From: Gammaproteobacteria bacterium | Lineage (GTDB): Bacteria; Pseudomonadota; Gammaproteobacteria; Eutrophobiales; Eutrophobiaceae | DNA length: 64,000 bases | NCBI GenBank assembly: GCA_965116495.1 | Contig: OZ220696.1 | Location: 3,040,001-3,104,000 of the forward strand | Direction: 5' to 3' | In this document: positions 41,263 through 50,144 of the stretch, piece after piece | How positions within the stretch are numbered: position 1 is the stretch's first letter | How the letters are laid out: each line of letters opens with the position of its first letter | Program-made: the position numbers and the translations under genes | Notes under the pieces: generated by a model | Told to the model about the DNA's origin: nothing | Databases searched by the model: none | Seen by the model: the letters and a program-made list of their open reading frames with translations, nothing else

Positions 41263-41265
41263 TAG

Positions 41266-42336
41266 ATGAAAATCATACAGCGGTATTTCATCGTTAACCT
41301 GGTGTGGACAACCGCGCTTGCCCTGGCGGTCCTGGTCGGGATATTCGCGTTCCTGTCACTGATCGACCAACTGGAAGATGCCGGGCAGGGAAATTATGAT
41401 ACCTACCAGGCTATCACCTACGTCATTCTGACCCTGCCGCGGCTGGCGTACGAGATACTTCCGATTGCTGCGATGATTGGGGGCATGACAAGCCTGGCGC
41501 AGCTTTCCAGGAACAGTGAACTCGACGTGATCAGGCTTTCCGGCGTGTCGGAATATTCACTCGCCGGGTTAATGGGAATATCGGCCCTGGCCATCGTCCT
41601 GTTCTCTATCTTCATCGGTGAATTTGTCGTGCCGGCCAGCGAAAAAACAGCCAGGTATCAACGCTCCATCGCATTGACGGAACAGGTCGCCATGAAGACA
41701 AAATACGGCTTCTGGGCCAGGGACGGGAACAGTTTTATCAATATACGCAAGATATTGCCCGGCAACGTGATTGAGGAAGTTTACATCTATGAGTTCGATG
41801 ACCGGGACAGGCTGCGCAACAGTATTTTTGCGAACAATGCCCGCTATACCGATGATCGCTGGGTGCTTGAAGAAGTCGAAAAGACTATCATCGACGGTAC
41901 CGGTGTCAGACGGGAGGAATACAAAACGGCGGCCTGGGAGTCATGGGTCAATGATAATTTGATCAACCTTGTCATAATCAACCCCCAGTACATGTCCTTG
42001 TGGAACCTGTACAGCAGTATCCGGGTGCTGAAATCGAATTCACAAAACACGACAACCTATGAGCAGGCTTTATACGGAAAACTGATCAGGCCGTTTACGA
42101 TCATCGCGATGATTGTATTGTCCATACCGCTGGTTGCCGCGCGCAGCCGTACCGGCGGGCTGGGACAACACGCCTTTACCGGTGCGTTAATAGGCATTAT
42201 CTTCTATTTTTGCAATTCCGCGTCCAGTCACATCGGTATCGTCTACGGTATCGGTCCGTTCATCAGTGCGGCTGTTCCGACCCTGCTGCTGTGCGCGGTT
42301 TTGCTCTGGCTGTTTTTCCGGCAACAACCAGGATAG
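41266..42336 (+). CDS. lptG: LPS export permease LptG
   Basis: YjgP/Q family, NSEL and GFWARDG motifs; follows lptF. Confidence 0.92.
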   Translation: MKIIQRYFIVNLVWTTALALAVLVGIFAFLSLIDQLEDAGQGNYDTYQAITYVILTLPRLAYEILPIAAMIGGMTSLAQLSRNSELDVIRLSGVSEYSLAGLMGISALAIVLFSIFIGEFVVPASEKTARYQRSIALTEQVAMKTKYGFWARDGNSFINIRKILPGNVIEEVYIYEFDDRDRLRNSIFANNARYTDDRWVLEEVEKTIIDGTGVRREEYKTAAWESWVNDNLINLVIINPQYMSLWNLYSSIRVLKSNSQNTTTYEQALYGKLIRPFTIIAMIVLSIPLVAARSRTGGLGQHAFTGALIGIIFYFCNSASSHIGIVYGIGPFISAAVPTLLLCAVLLWLFFRQQPG

Positions 42337-42745
42337 TTCCGGAAAACCGATCATGGAACGCCAGTCGGTCTCTGTCAAACAGACACCAGAGAAATCCAGC
42401 GCCAAGTCCGGATAAAGACACGGTAGCAAGAAAGAACCTCAAGGTCAGGTTTTTCCAGCCGGGTTGCGCACTGCCCGGGGTTAGTAAATATATATGCCAG
42501 GCGCGCATTCCAAGGGTTTGCCGTCCTTTTTTCCATTGCCAGACGAAATAGAAATAAGTGATGAGCAACAGGAAAGCGGAATAAAACAGGTTGTTCGCGG
42601 CAAAGGCTTCCCCACCCGCCACGGGCAGCGCAAGCACCGTAGCAAAAAACAGCACGGAAAACAGCAGGCAGCAATCATAGACAATGGCCATCAACCTGCG
42701 CCGCAGACCGCAATTGCTATAACCGTTGCAAGTCAAATTCGACAC
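42263..42745 (-). CDS. RDD family membrane protein
   Basis: RRLMAIVYD, QTLGMRAW, FHDRFSGT. Confidence 0.88.
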   Translation of the reverse strand: MSNLTCNGYSNCGLRRRLMAIVYDCCLLFSVLFFATVLALPVAGGEAFAANNLFYSAFLLLITYFYFVWQWKKGRQTLGMRAWHIYLLTPGSAQPGWKNLTLRFFLATVSLSGLGAGFLWCLFDRDRLAFHDRFSGTILVVAGKTARAKPRTAAGSEQPH

Positions 42746-42881
42746 CCCATTCCGGCCGGCCGCCTAAGATTACCACTTGTGTTTGCATTTAGATATACTG
42801 CACGAATATCCTGGAGAAAATCCATTTTTCCGTTGTCTAACGTATTAGTGGATTTGACCATGAGCAGATGATTATAAAGCT

Positions 42882-43832
42882 ATGCCTGTAAATATGTTGT
42901 CCCGCCGCGTTCTGTTTCCTGTCTGTTCGGCAGTTCTTGCATTGCTTGCCGGCACGGCAATCCCCGGCGCATCCCCGGCCGCTCCGGTATTTGCCATTCC
43001 GGGCAAACTGGTTGATGTCGGCGGTTACCGGCTGCATATATATTGTGAAGGCAAGGGTCTGCCTGCAATCATCTTCGATTCGGGAACGGGCGGTTTCTCA
43101 CTGGAGTGGGCACGAGTACAAAAAGTCCTGTCCCGCCGGACTCGTGTATGCTCTTATGACCGGGCAGGCTACGGTTGGAGTGATATGGGTCCGTTACCGA
43201 GGACCAGTGAGCGTATTACTGGGGAACTGCATACTTTACTGGTCAGGGCTGATGAGACCGGGCCCTACATCCTGGCCGGGCACTCATTCGGTGGTTACAA
43301 CGCACAGTTGTTTGCCAGAAATTACCCGGAGGAGACGGCGGGCCTTGTCCTGATCGATTCCTCACATCCGGAACAGATAGATCGAATGCCAAGCAAGAAG
43401 TCGGCTACGCCCGCAAGATCCATGCCCGGTGCGCGCAGCTATATCGTAACCAAGCATATCATGCATCCCAACTTTCCCGATGAGATGGCGCTGATAGCCA
43501 GCCGGATTATGAACAGCTGGCATCACACGTCGACATGGCGCGAGGAAATGATGGTGTTTCCAATGAGCGCAAAACAGGTATTGGCCTCCAGACCGATGCC
43601 GGCAGTCCCGGTTGTCGTGCTGACCCGCGGCCGGCGCATATGGCCGAACAATGCGTATGGCGATGAAATGGAGCGGGTCTGGATGGAGTTGCAGGATGAA
43701 CTGTCCCAACTCAGCGATAACTCAGTGCATCTGATTGCGGAGCGGAGCGGGCACTCGATTCACCTGGACCAGCCGGGAATCGTCATCACTGCAATGCAGA
43801 CCATGCTGGATGCAAATTTCACCCGAAAATAG
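42882..43832 (+). CDS. Exported alpha/beta hydrolase
   Basis: Signal peptide, YDRAGYGWS, GHSFGG nucleophile elbow, SGHSIH. Confidence 0.9.
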   Translation: MPVNMLSRRVLFPVCSAVLALLAGTAIPGASPAAPVFAIPGKLVDVGGYRLHIYCEGKGLPAIIFDSGTGGFSLEWARVQKVLSRRTRVCSYDRAGYGWSDMGPLPRTSERITGELHTLLVRADETGPYILAGHSFGGYNAQLFARNYPEETAGLVLIDSSHPEQIDRMPSKKSATPARSMPGARSYIVTKHIMHPNFPDEMALIASRIMNSWHHTSTWREEMMVFPMSAKQVLASRPMPAVPVVVLTRGRRIWPNNAYGDEMERVWMELQDELSQLSDNSVHLIAERSGHSIHLDQPGIVITAMQTMLDANFTRK

Positions 43833-43852
43833 TGAGTGACGGGGAGAAAACG

Positions 43853-43950
43853 GGTGAACGGGGTCAGGTCGCACATTGCACATGCAAGGAAATAAGTGTG
43901 AAGCTGGACAAACTTGTGCATGTGCAATGTGCGACCTGACCCCGTTCACC
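43853..43950. repeat. Palindromic element family 2 with perfect 34-bp arms
   Basis: GGTGAACGGGGTCAGGTCGCACATTGCACATGCA and its exact reverse complement, 10 bp beyond the tRNA 3' end. Confidence 0.92.
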
Positions 43951-43960
43951 ACACTTCATT

Positions 43961-44036
43961 TGGCGCTCCCTAGGGGAATCGAACCCCTGTTTCCGGCGTG
44001 AGAGGCCAGCGTCCTGGGCCGCTAGACGAAGGGAGC
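43961..44036 (-). tRNA. tRNA-Glu (anticodon CTC)
   Basis: Reverse complement reads GCTCCCT TC GTCTAGCGGCCCAGGAC G CTGGC CT CTC AC GCCGG AAAC AGGGG TTCGATT CCCCT AGGGAGC GCCA: 76 nt with encoded CCA. Confidence 0.96.
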
Positions 44037-44064
44037 CCTGTTCGTACCGATATTATAATAAGTC

Positions 44065-45363
44065 ATGACCAAAAGCCACGAGAAAGTCACCTATCTGCGT
44101 CACGAGCCCAAAATCATTCCTCGTGAAGAACACAATATATCCAAGAACAATATCAGTGACGGCGCCCTGAAAGTATTGTACCGGCTGAAAAATGCCGGCT
44201 TTTCCGGCTACCTGGTCGGGGGAAGTGTGCGCGACCTGTTACTGGGGCGGGAACCCAAGGACTTTGACGTGGTGACGGACGCCACTCCGGGACAAATCAG
44301 GGAACTGTTCCGCAACAGCCGCCTGATCGGTCGCCGTTTCCGGCTTGCCCATGTTCACTACGGGGATGAAATCGTCGAGGTGTCCACTTTTCGTGCACCA
44401 CATCACATCGATGGTGGTGAAGGGCATGTTATCGATGGCCGGATAATACGCGACAACGTGTACGGGAGCATAGATGATGATGTCTGGCGCCGGGATTTTA
44501 CCGTCAATGCGTTGTTCTATAATATCGGTGACGAGTCCGTGGTTGATTACGTCAACGGGATGCAGGATATCCGATCCTGCTGCATAAGGCTTATCGGCGA
44601 CCCGCGTCAGCGTTTTGTCGAAGACCCGGTACGCTTGTTACGGGCGGTGCGGTTTGCGACCAAGCTGGGTTTCAGGATCAGTCCCGATACCGAGAGACAT
44701 ATCCCTGACCTGGCATCCTCGTTGAGCGGTATTGCCCCCGCGCGTTTGTTCGAGGAATGCCTGAAAATGTTTTTTAACGGTTATGCGCTGCAGTCATTCG
44801 AACAGTTGCGCCATTACCGCCTGTTCGGTGAATTGTTTCCGCAAACGGAAGAAGCCCTGACTCACCAGCAGGGCGGGTTTCCCCATACGCTTGTCGCCAA
44901 CGCACTGCGCGATACCGATAAACGGCTGGTGGAAAACAAGCCGGTAACACCGGGATTTCTGCTCGCCGCCTTGTTATGGTTGCCCATGGACAGGCTGGCC
45001 CGGGACCACGTGGCCCAGGGGATGAGCGAAATGAATGCGGTCATGCTTGCCGGCGATATCGTGATTTCCAGGCAAACCAGCAGTACCTCGGTGCCGCGTC
45101 GCTTTACCCGCCTGGCCCGGGATATCTGGCAAATGCAAATCCGCCTGGCGCGGCGTTCAAACCGCCGCCCGCACAGGTTGCTTGAGCATCCCCGGTTCAG
45201 GGCCGCCTATGATTTTTTACTGCTGCGCGCAGAATCGGGGGAAGCGGTCGCTGAGCTGGCAGACTGGTGGACGCAGTTTCAACAGAAAAACCCCGTGAAA
45301 AAGGGACACTCCGGAACCAGGCGCAAGAGCCGCAAGAGACCCCGGGCGCAGCATCCAGGATAA
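44065..45363 (+). CDS. pcnB: Poly(A) polymerase I
   Basis: VGGSVRDLL, KDFDV, LIGRRFRLAHV signature, RRDFTVNAL, EDPVR. Confidence 0.96.
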   Translation: MTKSHEKVTYLRHEPKIIPREEHNISKNNISDGALKVLYRLKNAGFSGYLVGGSVRDLLLGREPKDFDVVTDATPGQIRELFRNSRLIGRRFRLAHVHYGDEIVEVSTFRAPHHIDGGEGHVIDGRIIRDNVYGSIDDDVWRRDFTVNALFYNIGDESVVDYVNGMQDIRSCCIRLIGDPRQRFVEDPVRLLRAVRFATKLGFRISPDTERHIPDLASSLSGIAPARLFEECLKMFFNGYALQSFEQLRHYRLFGELFPQTEEALTHQQGGFPHTLVANALRDTDKRLVENKPVTPGFLLAALLWLPMDRLARDHVAQGMSEMNAVMLAGDIVISRQTSSTSVPRRFTRLARDIWQMQIRLARRSNRRPHRLLEHPRFRAAYDFLLLRAESGEAVAELADWWTQFQQKNPVKKGHSGTRRKSRKRPRAQHPG

Positions 45364-45368
45364 GGTGC

Positions 45369-45863
45369 ATGGAAAGCTACATCGGGTTGGGCAGCAATCT
45401 TGATAACCCACAGTTACAGTTGACCACTGCCCTGGCGGGGCTGGACGGTATCCCGGATTCTACCCTGGTGAAGTACTCCTCATTTTACAGGAGTAAACCG
45501 GTAGGCCCCGATAATCAACCGGATTTCATCAACGCAGTCGCGTTGCTCAACTCCGGGTTGACGGCACTGCAACTCCTGGGCCGGTTGCAGTCGATTGAAA
45601 ACCGGCACGGCCGCATTCGGGATGGACAGAGATGGGGGCCGCGCACGCTCGATCTCGATATGTTAATGTATGGTAACGAGATCATAAACGAGCCTGAATT
45701 AATGGTGCCCCACCCTGAAATCAGACATCGGAACTTTGTATTGATACCGCTGCTGGAACTGGCCCCCGACATACGGATTCCGGGCCTGGGCAGGGCAGAT
45801 GATTTACTGGCCGAAGTCGGCCGTGCAGGTATAACAAAGCTGGGCGAATATAATGCCGATTGA
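45369..45863 (+). CDS. folK: 6-hydroxymethyl-7,8-dihydropterin pyrophosphokinase
   Basis: YIGLGSN, QPDFINAV, RWGPRTLDLD. Start set at MESYIG. Confidence 0.96.
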   Translation: MESYIGLGSNLDNPQLQLTTALAGLDGIPDSTLVKYSSFYRSKPVGPDNQPDFINAVALLNSGLTALQLLGRLQSIENRHGRIRDGQRWGPRTLDLDMLMYGNEIINEPELMVPHPEIRHRNFVLIPLLELAPDIRIPGLGRADDLLAEVGRAGITKLGEYNAD

Positions 45864-46503
45864 TAAAGACACTTTCGGGTATATAGTCGTGGAAGGGCCG
45901 GTTGGTGCCGGTAATACAGCGCTGGCAAGACGCCTGGCGGACAGCCTGGACATTCACCTGTTGCTGGAACGCGTCATCGGCAATCCCTTTCTGGAGGATA
46001 TTTACCGGCACCCGGGTTCCGCCGCATTATCGGCGCAGTTACACTTTTTATTCGAGCACGTAAAGCAGGTCCGGGCGCTCCGGCAAGCTGACCTGTTCAC
46101 GCCCAACCAGGTTGCGGATTTCCTGATCCAGGCGAACAGGGTATTTGCCGAGGCCACATTGAGCCCGGACGAGCTGGACTTGTACTACCAAGTCTACAAC
46201 ATCCTGCTGGATGATGCTCCCGTTCCTGACCTGGTTATCTATTTGCAGGCGCCTGTCGAAGTGATGATAAAGCGTATCCGCGCCCGGAGCGGAGCCCATG
46301 AGATAAAGATTGACCGGGAGTACCTGCAAAAGATTTCAGATGCATACACTGACTTTTTCTATCATTATGATGCTTCATCGTTGTTGATTGTCAACACGGC
46401 AGACCTGGACTTCACCGGTGAGGATGGTGGCTATGAGGTGTTGCTGAATTACCTGGAAGGGCTCGGCCAGGGGCGTCAATACTTCAACCCTCAGGAACTA
46501 TGA
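45853..46503 (+). CDS. Deoxynucleoside kinase family protein with degenerate P-loop
   Basis: VEGPVGAGNT (Lys replaced by Asn), NPFL, PDLVIYLQA; folK-dNK-panB order. Confidence 0.85.
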   Translation: MPIDKDTFGYIVVEGPVGAGNTALARRLADSLDIHLLLERVIGNPFLEDIYRHPGSAALSAQLHFLFEHVKQVRALRQADLFTPNQVADFLIQANRVFAEATLSPDELDLYYQVYNILLDDAPVPDLVIYLQAPVEVMIKRIRARSGAHEIKIDREYLQKISDAYTDFFYHYDASSLLIVNTADLDFTGEDGGYEVLLNYLEGLGQGRQYFNPQEL

Positions 46504-47297
46504 CTGAAAAAATTACAATCAGCCACCTGCACGGGCTGAAACAGGCACGGGAGAAAATTGTCAGCCTGACCGCGTATGACGCAAGTTTTGCGGTAATACT
46601 GGATGCTGCCGGCATTGAAATCGCCCTGGTGGGCGATTCGCTGGGCATGGTTCTGCATGGTGAAGGAGATACCCTGGCCGTTTCCATGGATGACATGGTT
46701 TACCACAGCAGAATAGTCAGTCAGGCCTGTCGGCGCGCGCTGGTTGTTGTCGATATGCCTTATAGAAGTTATGAAACCCGGGCGCTGGCGTATGACAATG
46801 CCCGGAGACTGGTGGAAACGGGTGGGGCCGAGGTGGTCAAGCTCGAAGGCGGGGTGGAGCAGGCAGCCACTGTCGAGCTATTGGTCAGCCGGGGTATCCC
46901 CGTATGCGGACACGTCGGATTACAGCCGCAATCCGTAAAGGAATACGGCGGATACAAGGTCCAGGGCAGGGAGAAACAACAGGCCGAACACATCATGGCC
47001 GGCGCCAGGGCTTTGCAGGCAGCCGGAGCCTGCATGCTGGTGCTGGAATGTATACCCGCGACCCTGGGCGGACGTATCAGCAGGGAGCTGACAATTCCGA
47101 CGATAGGTATAGGGGCGGGTGTAAACTGTGACGGGCAGGTATTGGTGGTATATGATGTACTGGGTCTGTCGGGGCGTTCCCCGCATATGGCTAAAAATTT
47201 CCTGGATGAGACAGGGAGCATCCAGGCAGCCGTGAAGGAATACGTTCGCGCGGTAAAAATCGGGGCGTTTCCCGGACCGGAACACTCGTTCAGTTAA
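46500..47297 (+). CDS. panB: 3-methyl-2-oxobutanoate hydroxymethyltransferase
   Basis: LTAYD, LVGDSLGM, VKLEGG, GHVGLQPQ, IGIGAG. Confidence 0.97.
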   Translation: MTEKITISHLHGLKQAREKIVSLTAYDASFAVILDAAGIEIALVGDSLGMVLHGEGDTLAVSMDDMVYHSRIVSQACRRALVVVDMPYRSYETRALAYDNARRLVETGGAEVVKLEGGVEQAATVELLVSRGIPVCGHVGLQPQSVKEYGGYKVQGREKQQAEHIMAGARALQAAGACMLVLECIPATLGGRISRELTIPTIGIGAGVNCDGQVLVVYDVLGLSGRSPHMAKNFLDETGSIQAAVKEYVRAVKIGAFPGPEHSFS

Positions 47298-47369
47298 ATA
47301 CAAATGGGAATATCGAGCCGGCAACACGTGGATGAACATATTACTGCGCCCTTTACCGGGACGCCGATT

Positions 47370-48224
47370 ATGCAAACCGTGTCGAGTCTGGCCGGATTGC
47401 GTTCCGTCATCGGCAGGTGGAAGAGGTCGGGATATACCATTGCCCTTGTCCCTACCATGGGGAACCTGCATAACGGACATATTTCATTGCTCAACCACGC
47501 CCGCGAATGTGCCGACAGAACAGTGCTGAGTATATTTGTCAACCCGATACAGTTTGGTAAAGGGGAGGATTACGACAAATATCCCAGTACGCTGGCCGAT
47601 GACAAGAATAAACTGGAAAAATACGGGCTTGACCTGTTGTTCACTCCCGACCTCAAGCAACTGTATCCCGGCGGCACCGATATCGACACCCGGATTAACG
47701 TGCCTGAACTATCAAACATACTGTGCGGCGAGTCCAGGCCCAACCATTTCTCCGGTGTTGCCACCGTGGTCGCAAAACTGCTGAGCAACGTTCAACCGGA
47801 CATGGCTTTTTTCGGCGAAAAGGATTACCAGCAACTGTTGGTTATCAAGCGGATGGCGAGTGAACTGTGTCTGCCTGTCGATATCGTCGGTTTGCCCATT
47901 GTGCGGGAACCCGACGGGCTGGCGATGAGTTCACGCAACGCCTACCTGGCCCGGAATGAACGGCGTAAGGCGCCGGAAATTTATCTGACCCTGAAAGCCG
48001 TTGCCGAGAGCTTGCGGCACGGCAACAAAAGTATGGATGAAATCGAAAAAGAGGCGCTGGGCAGGCTGGAAAAAGCCGGGTTCAGGCCGGAATACGTCAG
48101 TATCAGGCGCACCGAAGATCTGCGCATGCCGACACCCGGCGACACCCGCTTATCAGTCCTGATCGCCGCCTGGCTGGGTCCTGCCCGGTTGATCGATAAC
48201 CTCAAAGTCCGGATTACATCCTGA
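47370..48224 (+). CDS. panC: Pantoate--beta-alanine ligase
   Basis: VPTMGNLHNGH, FVNPIQF, FGEKDYQQ, AMSSRN, RLIDN. Start set at MQTVSS. Confidence 0.97.
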   Translation: MQTVSSLAGLRSVIGRWKRSGYTIALVPTMGNLHNGHISLLNHARECADRTVLSIFVNPIQFGKGEDYDKYPSTLADDKNKLEKYGLDLLFTPDLKQLYPGGTDIDTRINVPELSNILCGESRPNHFSGVATVVAKLLSNVQPDMAFFGEKDYQQLLVIKRMASELCLPVDIVGLPIVREPDGLAMSSRNAYLARNERRKAPEIYLTLKAVAESLRHGNKSMDEIEKEALGRLEKAGFRPEYVSIRRTEDLRMPTPGDTRLSVLIAAWLGPARLIDNLKVRITS

Positions 48225-48750
48225 CAGGACGCTTTTGTAATTTTCTTTGCAGGGTTCGCCTGTGCATGCCGAGCCGGCGCGCGGCAGCCGAGATGTTACC
48301 GTCACACTCCGCCAACGTCGTGTGAATGTGCTCCCATTCCACTCTGGCCAGAGGCACGGGTTTATCCCTTAGCTCCACGTTCGTATCCCCCGACTCACGA
48401 GTGATTGCCGCCATGATCTCATCCGCATCCGCCGGTTTGGTCAGGTAATGGACGGCGCCGAGTTTTATGGCTTCTACGGCAGTGGCAATACTCGCATAAC
48501 CCGTTAATACAATGATGCGGATGTCCTGGTTGACGGAAAGCAGTTCCGGGATTAATTCAAGGCCTGAGTCATCGCCGATACGCAGGTCGACCACGGCCAG
48601 ATCAGGGATGATGTCACGCGCCGTCGGCAAGGCAGTCTGGCGGTCTAACGCTACGGAGACAGTGAGACCGCGCCTGGAGAGCGCCCGCGCCAGGATATCG
48701 CAGAAGATCTCATCATCATCTACAAGCAGCAGTTTTTCAGCCCGCATCAT
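48214..48750 (-). CDS. regA: RegA/PrrA/ActR-family response regulator
   Basis: LTGYASIATAVEAIKLGA, EWEHI, NISAAARRLGMHRRTLQRKL. Confidence 0.93.
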   Translation of the reverse strand: MMRAEKLLLVDDDEIFCDILARALSRRGLTVSVALDRQTALPTARDIIPDLAVVDLRIGDDSGLELIPELLSVNQDIRIIVLTGYASIATAVEAIKLGAVHYLTKPADADEIMAAITRESGDTNVELRDKPVPLARVEWEHIHTTLAECDGNISAAARRLGMHRRTLQRKLQKRPVRM

Positions 48751-49987
48751 GTGCAAGTATCTGGTTCAAGGGCAGGTCAATTTGCGTGCGCAGGCCGCCG
48801 GATGCCCGGTTGGAAAATGATATTTCTCCGCCCAGCCGTTTCAGAGTGGTCTGCGCCAGGAACAGGCCTATGCCCAGGCCCTTTACCGACGTCTTGTCCG
48901 TCAGAATTTTGTTGCCCAGTTCAGACCGGTAACCTTCCGGGATACCCTGCCCATCGTCAATGACGCCAATCACCAGGTGAGCGGCCGTCCAGTTTCCCGT
49001 TAATTCAACGCGCGACCTTGATGCCTCAGCCGCATTATTCAATACATTGATGACGGCCTGGCCCAGTGACCTGTCTGCAATGATCAGCGGCGCAGGCTGA
49101 ATCCCGCGGCACTCAACGTTGATAATGACCTCACTTCTCGTTTTTTGCCATTCCTCGAACAAGTTGCTGAGAAAGTCTGCGACAGAGACAATATGACCTG
49201 AATCCGCCTGTAACTGTCCGGCGTCGGACGCCATATTCGCCAGGATGGTCTTACACCTGTCCAGTTGTTCTCTCAGGATATTCAAATCGCCGCCTAATTC
49301 CTCCCGGTCAGTGTATTGTTCCTGCATCTCCCTGGTTAAAACTGCCATCGTCGACAATGGTGTCCCCAGTTCATGGGCCGTGCCGGCGGCCAGGGTCCCC
49401 AGGGTCAATATCTGCTCAGCCCGCAGTGCGTCTTCACGGGCGGCTGCCAGCGCCCGGTCCCGTTGCCTGAGGGCGTGGGCGATGCGCGAGACGAAAAAAG
49501 CGACCAGCCCGGCGCTTAATATAAATCCGTACCACATTCCCCAGACGTGTAACTGGACACCGCTGTGGTCGGCGTGTTGATCGGTGACGGGCACATGAAA
49601 AAACATCAACAGCGTGTAACTGAGCACGGCCGCCAGGGCAATCAGGGCGCTGAAAACCGGCCGAATGGCGGCGGCGGCAAAAATGACGGGCAGGATAAAC
49701 AGAAAAATAAAGGGGTTGGCGGAGCCTCCCGTGAAATACACAAGCAGGGTCAATGCCGCCACGTCAACGAGCAACTGGCCCAGGAACACCCGGTCGGGGA
49801 TTTCCGTTCTGTTGCGCAGACGTAACCAGGACAACAGGGTAAACAAGGCGAGAGCAGTGATGATCAGTAATACCGGGGCAGCAGGCAGGTCTACCGCGAA
49901 CACCTGTTGGAGGAATACCAGTGCAAGCACCAGGCCGCCGATCGCAATGAAACGAATCAGCAGCAGATATTTGAGGTTGTTCAGCAT
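48737..49987 (-). CDS. regB: RegB/PrrB/ActS-family sensor histidine kinase
   Basis: TGGSANPF quinone-site motif, AHELGTPL H-box, QLDRCK conserved Cys, GLGIGL. Start set at MLNNLK. Confidence 0.92.
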   Translation of the reverse strand: MLNNLKYLLLIRFIAIGGLVLALVFLQQVFAVDLPAAPVLLIITALALFTLLSWLRLRNRTEIPDRVFLGQLLVDVAALTLLVYFTGGSANPFIFLFILPVIFAAAAIRPVFSALIALAAVLSYTLLMFFHVPVTDQHADHSGVQLHVWGMWYGFILSAGLVAFFVSRIAHALRQRDRALAAAREDALRAEQILTLGTLAAGTAHELGTPLSTMAVLTREMQEQYTDREELGGDLNILREQLDRCKTILANMASDAGQLQADSGHIVSVADFLSNLFEEWQKTRSEVIINVECRGIQPAPLIIADRSLGQAVINVLNNAAEASRSRVELTGNWTAAHLVIGVIDDGQGIPEGYRSELGNKILTDKTSVKGLGIGLFLAQTTLKRLGGEISFSNRASGGLRTQIDLPLNQILAHDAG

Positions 49988-50055
49988 TGGACCGTCACGG
50001 CAGCTTCCAATCGCCAGTCTAACATTAACCAATCTTCCCGGTCCGGTTTTGCGCC

Positions 50056-50072
50056 TGCGACAATTTGTCGCA
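50056..50072. promoter_or_regulatory. RegA/RegR-type binding box
   Basis: Perfect palindrome TGCGACAA T TTGTCGCA (GCGAC-N5-GTCGC) in the divergent intergenic region between regB and the outer-membrane protein gene. Confidence 0.75.
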
Positions 50073-50144
50073 TTCCTGCAGTGCGTGTTTTTCCCTAAAA
50101 TTTCAAAAAAACCATCCCTGCGCCAGCACGTAACCATAGAAAGT

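Noticed and set aside
42263-42336. 74-bp convergent overlap of lptG and the RDD gene
   Set aside because: Involves only non-conserved C-terminal tails; probably stop-codon drift.
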